Below, one piece after another: positions 44,242 through 57,820 of a DNA stretch of 64,000 nt. The position numbers were made by a program, and so were the translations under genes. The notes beneath the pieces are model-generated. The model had not been told where the DNA came from. It ran no database searches and saw nothing but the letters and a program-made list of their open reading frames with translations. Source of the stretch: Chrysomallon squamiferum (lineage: Eukaryota > Animalia > Mollusca); the NCBI GenBank assembly GCA_012295275.1, contig CM022665.1, positions 5,332,001 through 5,396,000 of the forward strand. The letters run 5' to 3'. Position 1 is the first letter of the stretch. Every line of letters starts with the position of its first letter.

Positions 44242-45428
44242 GTATGTGTTGTGTTTTATATACGTCTATATTTGCATGGTATGTGTATGGATGTGTTTCA
44301 GAAGAAGCGACAGAACAATCACAAAGAATCTAACAACCAGATTAAAATTAGTTGTTCAAATTCAGTATCTCAAAAATATTATTCAAAGAAAACTTTTAAA
44401 ATAATATTTTTTTTGATGTCGACTTAAGAAGTGGAAAGCTTCAAGAATCAAAAGAAACAACTCACGGCTAATTTTCTTTTATCTGTTCAGCCACGAGGAG
44501 AAACAGTTTCAAAATAATCAGATTTTAAAATAAGATTTTACCAAGACACACGGGAGAGATACAGAACTGACCATGTGTGATAATTAATAATGGTAATATT
44601 GGCTTCCTTCATTTCTGCATTCATTCTTTGATTCCACTTTCCCCTACAATTTGTAACATTTGATAAAATACGTCAGTCGTAAATAACTGGAATTAAGTTA
44701 TTGACCTTTTCTGAAATCTTTTACGCTGCGTACAGAAAGAATTTTTACTGATATCAGCATTAATAGAGAGAAAAAAAGAAAAGAGAAAGGAATAGACAGA
44801 CCTAGAGAGAAATAGTTTTATGTGTGTATGAGTCTTGTGTGTGTAAGTGTATGAGGAGAGGGAGATTCCAAGTATTTTTTATGTTGTTACTGAATTTCAT
44901 AGACCTTTCTCACGCCTGTTATTATTTTATTTCACTGGTCATTGGCGATCTCAAGGGATATAATAATACTATTATTAAATGCTGACCTATCACATTTTCA
45001 TTATATCTGATCCATTTGTAATGTCATCTGAATTATCAGTTTTTAACTTTCTTATCGTCTTAGGAGGTTCTTGTTTTTGTTATTATTTTCTTGTCATTAT
45101 TATTGTTATTATTATTATTCTTATTGTTGTTGTTGCTGTTGCAGACGTCGTCGTTATCATTGTTATTCTCCTCCTCATCATCATCAACATTATTATTATT
45201 ATTATTGTTATAAAGCTTCAGTTTAAAAAAAAAAAAAAAAAATTATTCATAGAGACTGGAAGTAAGACAGCAATGCTAAAGATGAAGATTTTTTTTCCCA
45301 TTTCGGTTACTTCTATAAACTATCTTTCCTTTACACGTTAGCACTTACCTCATTTATGAAAGAGAGAAATATCCAGAAACAGAATCACATACTACTGTAT
45401 CGTGAAAAAATAATTTTTAAATATAAAA

Positions 45429-45467
45429 ACACACACACACACACACACACACACAGATGCATACACA

Positions 45468-45516
<49 letters not shown>

Positions 45517-45529
45517 ACACACATACACA

Positions 45530-45578
<49 letters not shown>

Positions 45579-45739
45579 ATACACATACACACACATACAC
45601 ACACATACACATACACACACATACACATAACACACACACACATACACATACACATTCACATCCACACACACACATACACATACACATACATATACACACA
45701 CATACACATACACATACACACACACATACACATACACAC

Positions 45740-45776
<37 letters not shown>

Positions 45777-45856
45777 TACACACACAGATACACACACACA
45801 TACACATCAACACACACACATACACATACACACACACACACTCACAAATACACACA
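45429..45856 (+). repeat. (CA)n/(CACATA)n compound microsatellite, ~430 bp
   Basis: Direct inspection; similar compound tracts lie at 7110-7340, 8505-8790, 15581-15730 and 52900-53220. Confidence 0.97.
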
Positions 45857-46579
45857 AGCGCGCGCTTTGAAAAAAAAGAGGGTTACTCAAACACCGTGCT
45901 TCCGTCGTCGTAATTCGATATAAAAACGAAAATAGTTAGAATCATCAGTTTCTATTTCTACCAAGTCACTAACAAGTATTTCTATAAAGTGGTGTCGTTG
46001 ACTTGTTCCACTTACCATGTGAATCGCGCAAGACTAAACTAAGGTTGAAATAAATAACTGAACAGAACAATGAAAAATACAATATTAAAAAAAAAAAAAA
46101 AAAAAAACAGCGGAACTGATAAAACGATTTCAAATCTTAATGCTTGGAAGATACCTCTACTGCTGAATCTAGCTGTTGCTCCAGATCTGTACTTTCAGTT
46201 CAAAACGTCGACTGTCTGATTCAGTCTGATACACTCGAGTATAATTACACCAGAAGTATTCTGCTTAGCAGTTTACGATACTAAGAACAGACATGGTTTT
46301 AGCTTGAGCATCATGCTATAAGCGTGGTCGTCGGCATTATCGTGACTCCATGCAAATCAAACGCCGCTGAACATTGAGGTTTCATATTGCTTTATTCGCG
46401 ATAGCCTATGCACCATCACCGTTTTCGATTAATTTCATGACAATGGTCGTATTATTGTAATAACAATGTAACGTAAGAGCTAACTCATTCCGTAAATACC
46501 TGATTGGAATAGTACTTCAGTTACTGACATGTCAGGATTTTGTAATACATTAGAAATATCGTGCAACTGATTGCTAAAT

Positions 46580-46845
46580 ATACTACAACTGACCATACAT
46601 AACTGTATAAGAGTTAATTTTTACAAAAAGATGAGCAACTGTTTTTACAGTTGACTTACAAAAGATAAGTATTACATTTAACACAAAAGCTGACTAACTT
46701 ACAAAACATGGGTATTACAATTAACGTTAAAAAGATGACCAACCAACTGTATTACCATTTACTTACAAAAGAGTATTACAATAAACTTAGAAAATATGAC
46801 TAACTGTATTACAGTTAATTTAACTAAGACGGCTAACAACTGCAA
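46580..46845 (+). repeat. ~35-bp degenerate minisatellite (AACTGTATTACAGTTAACTTACAAAAAGATGACT-like)
   Basis: Recurring AACTGT..TACA.TT.ACTTACAAAA.GATGA units. Confidence 0.75.
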
Positions 46846-47731
46846 TTTTATTTATTTTTTTATTTTTTTATTTTTTTTTACTTTTTATTTATTTATTTTT
46901 TTATTTTTTTTTACTTTTTATTTTTTTAATTTATTATTTTTATTTTTTTTTATTAATTAATTAATTAATTAATTTTTTTTTTTTTTTTAATTTTATTTAT
47001 TTAGTTAGTTTTTTTGCTTGTTTTTTAGGGGGGGTGCTGACCAAGGAACAAAGACAAACATGGGAACAGAGAGAGAAAATAATTTGAATCAAAGAATACA
47101 AAATTATCGAAATCGACTCATAGCTAAGCCTAAAATAAACGCTATGCTTGTTATAAATTTCGAAATTTATCACATCAAAATTATTTCTAATTTAAAACCG
47201 TTTGTCGTTTAGACACTTTTCCAAAGCCAAAATTAGAAAACATATTCCTGTCGCATTATTCAAACCATTCCCTTTCCGTTACTTTTCGTGCATTCGTGTT
47301 CAAAGATATCCACTTTAGTAAGCAAGAAATTTATATTATTCTTTCATCAACCCGATCTTCGACTTAAAAGCCTGCATTGGAGACATACTGGCAGTCGCCT
47401 TGATTTATTTTAATAATTACCTTCGACTAATGGAACTTGTAAAGTACAGGCATTTATCAGATGGTAAAAATGTAATTAAGTTTCAGAGTTTTCGCAACAG
47501 TTATTCTAAGAGCGTTTTGATTGTTGGTGTGTGTACAACGGGGGAAATGCTTCTGGTTATTATCTAGCAGTAGGTATTTAAAAATCATTTAGAGACTGCG
47601 AAGCTATTTAAAACTCATTTGTGGGTATACGCAATTACGCAGAATTCACACCTTTTATTCATTAACAGAACGGTTTATTTTGTACGCATCTTTAAGAGAA
47701 CCGCGACGTCAGAAGTCAGTTATCTAAGACT

Positions 47732-48406
47732 CAGGGGTTTCTCAAACTTTTCGTGATCTGGAGCCTTTGCGAGAACGAACATTGTTCATGGGGCTCCAGC
47801 AACAAATTTATTAAAAAAAAATAATGAAAAAATAACATTAACACCTACCAGTTTAGGTTGTCGAGTAATTAAGATTGTTATTTATTTAATGACTGGGATG
47901 GTTCTGTTGTTTTGTACATAATAAATCTTTCAAATTCGGGGGTCTAATTGAAGTAACCTGCAAGGTTGTGTCATTTCTTTTTTCTTTCTGCATTTAGCCG
48001 GTTTCTGTGTTTAGTTTTCGAGGCTGCATACAACGAGAACGTTTTCTCGCACAAACAGGTCCTCGGAAATCTCACTAAAACGGTGAGAACTTGAACCGAA
48101 ATTTCTGGAAATTCTTCGCTCAAGATAATCCAAAACTCGGTTAGTTCAGTTTCTTTAAATTTACTTTTCGATTCAAAGTTTGCTGAAATATCAGTCAGCT
48201 GTTGTTGTTTTTGTTTCTTTTTAAAGACATGGACTGCGTGCTAGGAGAATCAAGAAATGGGTTCTGAATCCAGAGCAAGGTATCAGTGTCTGAAACAAAG
48301 TACTGTCCGACTAATTCGGCTAAAACAGTTAGATGATAAGAGACGGGTTTATATTTTAATAAATAAAAAAATGGCTCGCGGGGCCCTGGGTCTTTGACAA
48401 TCCCTA
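47732..48406. mobile_element. Non-autonomous hAT (Charlie-type) DNA transposon / MITE remnant
   Basis: The 5' end CAGGGGTTTCTCAAACTTTT has an imperfect inverted counterpart TTTGACAATCCCT at ~48393-48405, with subterminal GAGCC/GGCTCGCGGGGCCC motifs. No clean 8-bp TSD is visible. Confidence 0.55.
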
Positions 48407-48731
48407 CACCCCATCCAAAGCTCTCCGTGTATTTTCACATACCAAAAATATCTGTATACAGAAAATACTAGTGGAACTGTATTCTCTAAATAGGCAGAAA
48501 AAAGGACAATATCCCGGTATTTGGATTTTAATTACTGGAATATGACTACCTTTGTTTCTTTTATACTTTCTCTCTCTCTATTTTTTTTTTTTTTTTTTTT
48601 TTTATCTCTATGTATTTATTACAGTTTTAATTAGCTTTTGCTGTCTGTGATTTCATTCTTGGTTTCTTCTTGTTGCTATTCTTCTTCTTCTTCTTCTTAT
48701 TATTTTTCAGTCTGTGGTTTTTCTTTTTCTT

Positions 48732-48778
<47 letters not shown>

Positions 48779-49003
48779 GATTATGGCTCACTGGTTAGAG
48801 GACGGGGAAAAAGATGTTACAGGTTGCAGTATCAGTCCTCAACATACCTGCGCCCGAGTTAATTCCTATCATAGGCTGTTATGTGTTTGTTTTTTCGGTG
48901 TTTTTTTCCCGTTTTTTCGGTAAAAACATTATTTTTTTTTCCATGGTTCAAAATGTATAAATGAAAGAAGAATAAATATATAAAACATCTCTCTCTCTCT
49001 CTC

Positions 49004-49048
<45 letters not shown>

Positions 49049-49806
49049 ATCTTTCTTTCGTTGCTCATCATGACCGTTGCTCATCATGACCGAAATATGT
49101 TGTATTTCCTTCTGTATTTAAGTGAGGATAATTAAGAAAATAGCTATCCACTACCACTATCTACTGGCAACCAGCAAAGTAACGTTTATATACATTTTTA
49201 CCATCGCATTTAGAACCGCTTTTAAAATATCGTGACTAACTGACATTTCAAGAAAAAAAAAAAAAAAAAAAAAAAAAATTATCATTTAGCTAAGACCTTA
49301 CCATGACTGTTAAAAGATATCAGTTCATATCAGAGATTACAGGAATGATCAATATTTTCCAGAAAATAATCTCACTTTTAAAAAAAAAAAGTTTAGGCTG
49401 GCTTTAAATGACAGCTAAACATTGAATGTAAGACATAGTGGCCAAAAAGAGAAAATCACTGACGTACAAGAAACAAGATACAAATTAGCTTTAACATTAC
49501 TGAGGTTTATTTGGAAATGAATTTGCAGATAAATATCTTTAATGTTAGATATCTGGCAACCTAATCATTTTTTTTTTTTTTTTATATATAACAAAATAAA
49601 ATATTTAATCTATAAAACTTAAATTACTTAATGTGATAACAAAAAAAGAAAAAAAGAAAAGAAAATAACAAAAATTAAAAATAAATAAATAAAAAGGGAA
49701 AAATAACGTCTGTATAATAGACAATGAAAATAAAAACTGTCTGTATGTCCATCTATATATCTATTGATCTATCCATTCGTCCATCTACCCATCAATCAAT
49801 CAGTCT

Positions 49807-49841
<35 letters not shown>

Positions 49842-51912
49842 TAGATAGATAGATAGATACACACACAAGCTAATACATACATATCTCTTTAAATATATGT
49901 TTTTGTCTTTCTATCTGTCTATCTATCTATCACTGCACACACATGCACACACAGAGATTGTGTCTAAATCTGTCTGTCTGTTTGTCTGTCTATGTACCTA
50001 TAGTCTTTAGATTACTTACACTGTATATTACAGTTTTAACCAGGGTGTCCTTTTAAAACAAATGTGACAGATAAGCACATATCATCGTCTTTGATAAACC
50101 TGACTGAACTGTTTTTTTTATTACACTCAGCTGTAGCATAGAATATGATAGTATGTTTATATATAAATTAAATGATACAACGAGGTGATTTAACAGTAAT
50201 GATTATAAATATAGAAATACACAGAATATCAGCCAGAGGACTTACAAAATATAGCAATCATTTAATTTAGACTCACTGATAGATGATAAATAACGAGTTT
50301 TTAAAATTGTTATTCTTACATAAACAAAAAACAAAACAAAAAAAACACTAGCCCACCCGAAAAAACAAAACAAACATAAAGATAAAAAATATACGTGGAC
50401 GAAAAAATCATACAATAGACTTATCATGGCTAGATTCTGTGTCCCAAAGAAAACATTTTAATTCAATGATAAAAACAAAGAAAAATCAAAACTAATATAC
50501 AAAAGAATATATACAATAGTATTTGGCACATACTATAAATAACCAAATCAAAGATATATTATTTATTACATTTAAATATCAGTTTTATCATCGTTACACT
50601 CTAAATACTTACATCTCTGACACAATGTTCAATTATTTTTCTTCTGTTCCTCTTGACTTCTGCAGAAATCTGTTCCTTTTTTCATCAAACAGGTACTAAT
50701 CGGAGATGTTAAACAAACCTACTCCTTATCGCTTTTTTTTTTTTACATTTTTGTTTCTTTTACTTTATAAAAACAGTTACGAGAACCTCAAAACAAAACA
50801 ACCCCAAAAAAACCCCAACCAATTCTATACCTCACTACTCAAAACGTACCTTTACTTTATAATGTTCCAAGCGATGTAGAAAACTAATCTGTCTTCTTCA
50901 AGACTTTGGTACAGTGAGCCGAGAGGTTTTCTTTGCCGTGGTCGTGTACAATGGAGGGGTTCGCCTAATGGTTTGCTGCTCTGGTTTCTCGTCTGTCTTT
51001 ATGATAATGACGTGCATTATTCTAATCCGCCAGCAAAACTTAGAACATGGTCTCGAAGACGTTTAATTAACTGACGCGGTTGGCGTTAAAAGATAATTGG
51101 AAGATCTGAAAGTTATGCTGCATTAACGGGTATTATAATTCTCTTGTAATTATATTTATTTTATGTTATTTTATTTTATTTTATTTTATTTTGTTTTTTT
51201 ATTTATTTATTTATTTATTTGTATTTATTTGTATTTATTTGTATTTATTTTATTTATTTATTTACTTTTATTTTTATTATTACTTATTTATTTATTATTA
51301 TTACTATTATTATTTTGCAGTTAATAAATATTCGTCAGATACACCCCATATCTTCAACAACAACAATAACATAAATTAACAATAACAACACTGAAATTTC
51401 AAAAAAAATAAAATAAAATAAAATAAAATAAAATAAAATAAAGCAAAAAGATCGAAAGGTATATATATCTGATTGAAGAATCTTCAGAAAAGAAAAACAA
51501 AACAAAACAAAATGTGCTATAGAGTTACAGAAGTCATCCAAGTAGCAGACAGAAATATCACAAATTAAACTAATAAAATATTTCCTGAAGCGGTTACAAA
51601 ATGTCGATAGGATTGTTTACAAACCCTCAAACGAATTATGTGTCCTGCTGAATAAAGCAATAGATTATTTCACTTTATTTTCGCTTTTATGCATTTGTTA
51701 ACGTGCCTTTGTACGTGTGTACGTATGTTTTCACTGAGTGTATGTGTGTGTACAGAATACTATGTAATCTTTTTCTTCTTTTCATCACAGTATCGTTTGC
51801 CGATGTATGTCTTCTTTTTTATTATTATTATTATTCTTCATTGTACTCTTTATAATTGAACTCATTTCATCTTGAACGTATATGTTCATCATCGTTGTTC
51901 CGATACCATGTA

Positions 51913-51961
<49 letters not shown>

Positions 51962-51974
51962 TAAATAATAATAA

Positions 51975-52005
<31 letters not shown>

Positions 52006-52244
52006 TAATAAAAATAATATCCGAAATCTCGCTTCTGAGACTGAATGGAAAACATTTAATATAGTTTTTGTTTTCTATAAAACAGCATCAAAGATAATTC
52101 ATCATAAGAGGTGACCAAACATTTAAATAATAATTATAGAAGTCATCTTATATTCTGGTTTCTGTATTTAATATTAAAACACCTTCTTTTTTTTTTTTTT
52201 TTTTCTTTCTTTTTGTTTTTTTTTTTTTTCATTTAATTAATTAA

Positions 52245-53175
52245 ACTTATTAAATACATGCATTTCGTGAACAGCATGTAAACTGCGTCATTTGTAATAA
52301 ACTAATGATGTTTTTCAGGGACAGGTGTGATGTGGGTTTATTGTTGACAGTCACTGTTGTCACTGAGATTTTATTTTAATGATAAACTCAAAACTGTAGA
52401 TACATATAAATAGAAAAAACCCAGTAGTTGTAACAGCAATAATAGAAGTGTTAATGGTAATGTCAAAAACAGATGTATAACAACAGCAGCAACAACGGTA
52501 AAAATAACCGGAAATGACGTAGTGGTAGCTGTAACACGATAGTAGAAGCAACCCTTGTAGGCGTCACACTAGTACTGATACGTGTTGTGGTGACAGCGGT
52601 GGCAGTAGTGATTGTTGTTGTCGTTGCCGTAAATTTATTCATAATGACTATTCGTAATAAAAGCTCTCTGAACGGCTACTGTAGCTGCCTTGACTGTACT
52701 TGACCGTTCTGCTTACGACAGTGCCAAATTCTTTTGACCAGTAGATCACCTCTGTGTACAGGTTCATCAGTGTCACTTTCAGTTAGTAGTAATTAAATGA
52801 CGTCGACCTTAGCAGCGTTAATTAACAATTGTTTTCCATGTCAAGATAAACTATGTGTTGTCATTATTGTGTGTTTGTGTGTGTCTATGAATTTATATAT
52901 GTATGTATGTATGTATGTATCTATATGTGAATAACATGCATATTTATGTACGTTTGTATGTATGTATGTATATGTGAATCACACGTATATTTATGTACGT
53001 TCGTATGTATGTATGTATGTATATACGTTTTTTGTGTGTGTATGTCATATATGTGAGTACATACATACATACATATATGTATGTATCTATATATATATAT
53101 AAATATATATTCACACAGACACGTGCACACACATATACACACACGTACATACATGCATACACACATATATATATC

Positions 53176-53225
<50 letters not shown>

Positions 53226-54484
53226 CCCTTAAACAAACACGTATATTTGAATGTCGGAAATAAATATATTTTATGAATTTTAATTTTATTTATTTATTTA
53301 TTATAAATATTATATTTTAAAAACATATTTTTTTTTTTTTACATTTTTATCTTAAAACATTTGATTACATTTAATTTATGTATTTATTGAACTTTGTTTT
53401 TAATCTGCGGATAAATGTAGAATTATATCAGTTTGTTATCTTAACACTAGGAGAGGGCGTGTAATTGTGAGAGACAATACAAAGCTCACTGACCAGCAAA
53501 TCATTAGGAATAATTATAGTATATTTTTGTCCTGTATTTTCCAAGTCACACAAGTTGTATAATTTAACATACAGTTTTTATTTCATTATAATCTTATGTT
53601 CCAGTTTCTGTCTTTAAAACTGAAGCAACACCTTTTTTTTCATTGTTTTTAGGCTTTTAAAGTTTTATTTTTCTTCGTCTTTTGATTATTTCACTTATTA
53701 AATACATGCATTTCGTGAACAGCGTGTAAACTGCGTCATTTGTAATAAACTAATGATGTTTTTCAGGGACAGGTGTGATGTGGGTTTGTTGTTGACAGTC
53801 ACTGTTGTCACTGAGATTTTATTTTGATGATAAACTCAAAACTGTAGATTCATATAAATAGAAAAACAGCAGTAGTTGTAACATCAATAATAGAAGTGTT
53901 AATGGTGATGTTAACAGAAACAGAAAGAATAACAGATGTATGACAACAACAGCAATAACGGCAAAAATAACGTAGTGGTAGCTGTAACACAATAGTAGAA
54001 GTAACCCTTGTAGGCGTCATACTAGTAGTGATACTTGTTGTGGTGATAGGGCGGCAACAGCAATTGTTGTTGTCGTTGTCGTAAATTTATTCATAATGAC
54101 TGTTGTAATAAAATTAAAGGAACAGTAAAAAAAAGAGATTACATGCCCAATACATTTGATATGCGGGTTTTACAACGTCATATCTTTAAGAAAACAAATT
54201 TTGAAAAGTTAAAAGTACTCTTTCGACTTTAATTTAATAAGAAATTAGTATCGACAGGTCACAACTCGCAAACAACGAAATTCGTGTCATCTGTCTCCTC
54301 TCTAAAACAATTCTTTCGTCTACGCGATTTGTTCGGAAACAGATGTCGACAACACTTGATCAGCTACACCTCAGCGCCTTGGGCAAGAGTTACGTGCTCC
54401 TTGATTTTTCTGAACGCTAAATAAACATGGAGTTGTTTTTTGGCATTCGCCTCCATTTACAGTTGGGTATGCCGTAAACAAACG

Positions 54485-54541
<57 letters not shown>

Positions 54542-55520
54542 TATATATTTGAGGTGAAGTTAATGATTTTAGAAGAGGAGGAAGCTCTCGTGGTTAGTTT
54601 TAAGAGGAACATTTTCTTTATATTTGACCATGCGCACCGTGTGAGGAGGTTTTAGGGTTATGTTAATTTACAGAGTGGGGAAAAGATGGTTTGGTTTTAC
54701 GAAAAATTTAATGAAGTTACCATGACGTCTTGTTTATCGGACGCCTCTGCATGTGATCCACCTGTCTAGATGACGATCTAGTTTAAGTTTCCACGATGGT
54801 GCGTTTTATTATACTTTTAACTCTTTGTTATAAACAACCCGTCTATCACAATCACCTCTGTCAGGCCCTCTCAATATATTATATTTGGCTTGACTGTACT
54901 TGACCGTTCTGCTTACGACAGTGCAAAATTCTTTTGACCAGTAGATCACCTCTGTGTACAGGTTCATCAGTGTCACTTTCAGTTAGTAGTAATTAAATGA
55001 CGTCGACCGTAGCAGCGTTAATTAACAATTGTTTTCCATGTCAAGATAAACTATGTGTTGTCATTAGTGTGTGTTTGTGTGTGTGTGTGTGTTGTGTGTG
55101 TGTGTGTAATATGTGTGAATACATTTATATTTTATTTATTTAGTGTAATTTTTTTTTTTTAAATATATATATTTTTTAACATTTTTATCTTAAAACATTT
55201 CATTACATTTAATTTATGTATTTATTGAAATTTGTTTTTAATCTGTGGATAAATGTAGAATTATATCAGTTTGTTATCTTAACACTAGGAGAGGGCGTGT
55301 AATTGTGAGAGACAATACAAAGCTCACTGACCAGCAAATCATCAGCAATAATTATAGTATGTTTTTGTCCTGTATTTTCCAAGTCACACAAGTTGTATAA
55401 TTTAACATACAGTTTTTATTTCATTATAATCTTATGTTCCAGTTTCTGTCCTTAAAACTGAAGCAACGCCTTTTTCCGGCTTTTTAAATTATTATTTTTC
55501 GTCGTCTTTGGTTAATTTAA
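52245..55520 (+). repeat. Local tandem duplication, unit ~1.45 kb (copy 1 52245-53692; copy 2 53693-~55520 including a ~750 bp extra segment)
   Basis: Long near-identical blocks are directly visible: ACTTATTAAATACATGCATTTCGTGAACAGC at 52245 and 53693; TTGACTGTACTTGACCGTTCTGCTTACGACAG at ~52690 and ~54890; TTAACACTAGGAGAGGGCGTGTAATTGTGAGAGAC at ~53442 and ~55279. Confidence 0.95.
54114..54864. mobile_element. ~750 bp segment present only in copy 2 of the tandem duplication; possible non-autonomous DNA element
   Basis: Its flanks are contiguous in copy 1 (GTAATAAAA|GCTCTCTGAA). The segment begins TTAAAGGAACAGT and contains an internal (TA)n. No matching right TIR or TSD was seen. Confidence 0.4.
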
Positions 55521-55719
55521 CTGATTGAATACCCGCTTTTCATAAATAAAAAATAAAAAGCGCCATTTGTAATTGCAATAATAAAACTAATAACTAATAA
55601 AAATTGTTGGATTATTTAATAACAGACTAGATATGACATACATTTAAACTAAAATTAGCATAGGTTCTAATAACTTGTCTTACAGTTCGTGAAGATAAAA
55701 TGCTATAAATAGTAAATTT

Positions 55720-55756
<37 letters not shown>

Positions 55757-56148
55757 ATAGTTCGCGAAGATTTTAAGAAGCAAGCAAACCTCGGAGAATT
55801 AAATTTCAGCAGATAAGAATCCAACTGTTGAACTCTTTACAATGAAGTCTGTAGCCTTGGTTTCCGTGCTATTAGACCGAGATTTGTAAATACACAATAC
55901 TGTTAATTTAATATCTGTGTGCTTTGTTTGGAGTCCAGTGCTAAAACAAGACAGTGCATTCTGTCTATTGTTAGGAACAAAATTCTACATTAATTCTTTG
56001 CTGATTATTTCTGCTCGACAGATTTACGAGAATCACAGCGCCCTTTTCTACATCGTTTGAATGAAGAACTATAACAAATTAATTAATTTTTTCATGTTTT
56101 GAGGAGGTGTTATCTTCTTAAATTTATTTTAGGATAGGGATAGAGTAC

Positions 56149-56194
<46 letters not shown>

Positions 56195-56499
56195 GTGTGT
56201 GTGCGTGTGTGTGTGTGTGTGTGTGCGCGTGTTTGTGTGTGTGTCTTTGAATGCTTCCTGTATAAAGAGAACATGTCATTTTTTGAAGCCATGATATTGT
56301 GTCTAACTGAAGTACAAACTAGCTGATCAATTAGTTCGTTTAAGTTATCATTTTGAAAAGAAGCATTACAACACCGCAGGTTTGTCCTGCTTCCTTGTGA
56401 CATATTTACACCGTCCATAAATCCGAAGGGCAAGGTTACAGTCTTCATTTGAAAGACTTCTAAATTTTGCAGTCGTTTCTCTGAAGTTTCTGGGTCTAA

Positions 56500-56790
56500 G
56501 TGCTGCTCAGTAGTAGAACGCTGGCTCGAGACTGACTTGTTGCAGGTTCTGTCCTAAACTGTGCCAGCTATCACTGGGTTGAACCCCTTTGTCACCAATA
56601 CATTAGAACATGCTTGATAATGTTTTTTTTACTGTTTATGGGAAGACGGTTTATAAAAGATTGCTTGCTGCTAAGTGTGAAAGAATAGCATGTTGCGTCA
56701 TGGTGCTGTTTCTTCTCTCATCAACAGTGTTCCCTTAATTGATTGCATAATGTGCCAGTGAATGCTTGACGGCTTCAAACTAACTTCCAT
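56500..56790 (+). mobile_element. Degraded tRNA-derived SINE copy
   Basis: A-box-like GCTCAGTAGTAGAACGCT head, followed by a body (GGGAAG..TATAAAAGATTGCTTGCTGCTAAG..AAAGAATAGCATG..GTTTCTTCTCTCA) resembling, from memory, a common gastropod SINE. Related degraded segments occur in reverse orientation elsewhere in the window. Confidence 0.5.
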
Positions 56791-57504
56791 ATTACTTTTA
56801 AAATCTTTTGTCCCACGCACATCTAACTGTAATAATTTTGCATTTTGCAAGATATGATGTTAATGGTTTATATATAATCATCTTCATAACAGTCTAGTAA
56901 AGTGTAAGCTGACTATCTGAAAATAGGTCTTTAAAAAAAAAATAGATTTGAAGCTGTTTAACGATGATTAAATGCAAAGTGTCATCGAAAACTATGTCAT
57001 CAAACACAATTTATTGACAACTTACACGCACACAAAGAAATATCGCAAATTATCACACAAATCTTCCGCCTACGATAACAGTCTAGAAAAGTGGAAGTTC
57101 TGAATGAAATTAAAGGCCATAAAATATGAGATATCCACGCTGTTTAATGTCGAACGGGGATTAAAAAGAGAATTGTCTTGGAATTGTGTCGTAATGCACG
57201 ATGTAGCGGTTTCTTGGCGATCGTCAGAATACAGTTTCTTATGAGTAAGCAGAGGGGCGCGTTTTAATTACTTCGTTTAATGCTATCTAGAAAGTGTCAG
57301 GTGCTAAAACTATATCCGCTTTTTGTTTTCGAAATAACAGTCTGCTGTAACATTTAGCACCGAACTTTGTAGATTCTGACTTTCGAAGGACACATAGTTT
57401 AATAATAAGAGAGTAGAAGATGAGAATTAATGTATTTTGAAAAAATTAGACTCTGATTTCAGCTGATTACAACAACTGTCAAGGACACCCTAGAAGAAAT
57501 ATAT

Positions 57505-57820
57505 ATATGAATGAATGAATTATTGTTTAGCAACTATTTGTCATATTTTTTCAATTATTGTTAACGGTTTTATCAAAAGAGTATTTTCCGTTAAAGATAA
57601 CGGGGAGGAAACCAAACGATTCTATTCAATGTCCAACTACAATGAAATACGTATTTTTACCTAAACCTTTCCATACACATTAAAATATAAACCACGGCCT
57701 TCGTGGTATGAAGTATGAAGAACTGTCTGGATAGGGAAGTAGTCAAACTGGGTTACTTAGAGAGTGTTGATCCAGCGATCTGTCATTTACATACTTACAT
57801 TGTAATCACTGAGCTACATA
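57505..57820 (-). mobile_element. Degraded tRNA-derived SINE copy (reverse orientation)
   Basis: The reverse strand starts GTATGTAGCTCAGTGATTA (A-box-like) with GGATCAACAC (B-box-like) downstream, then AAGGCCGTGGT, and ends in an (ATTC)n tail near 57510. Confidence 0.5.

Noticed and set aside
52303-52370. Possible C/D-box snoRNA in the duplicated unit (TGATGT...CTGA)
   Set aside because: The C box is imperfect (TGATGT rather than TGATGA), with no clear terminal stem, recognisable rRNA guide or host intron.
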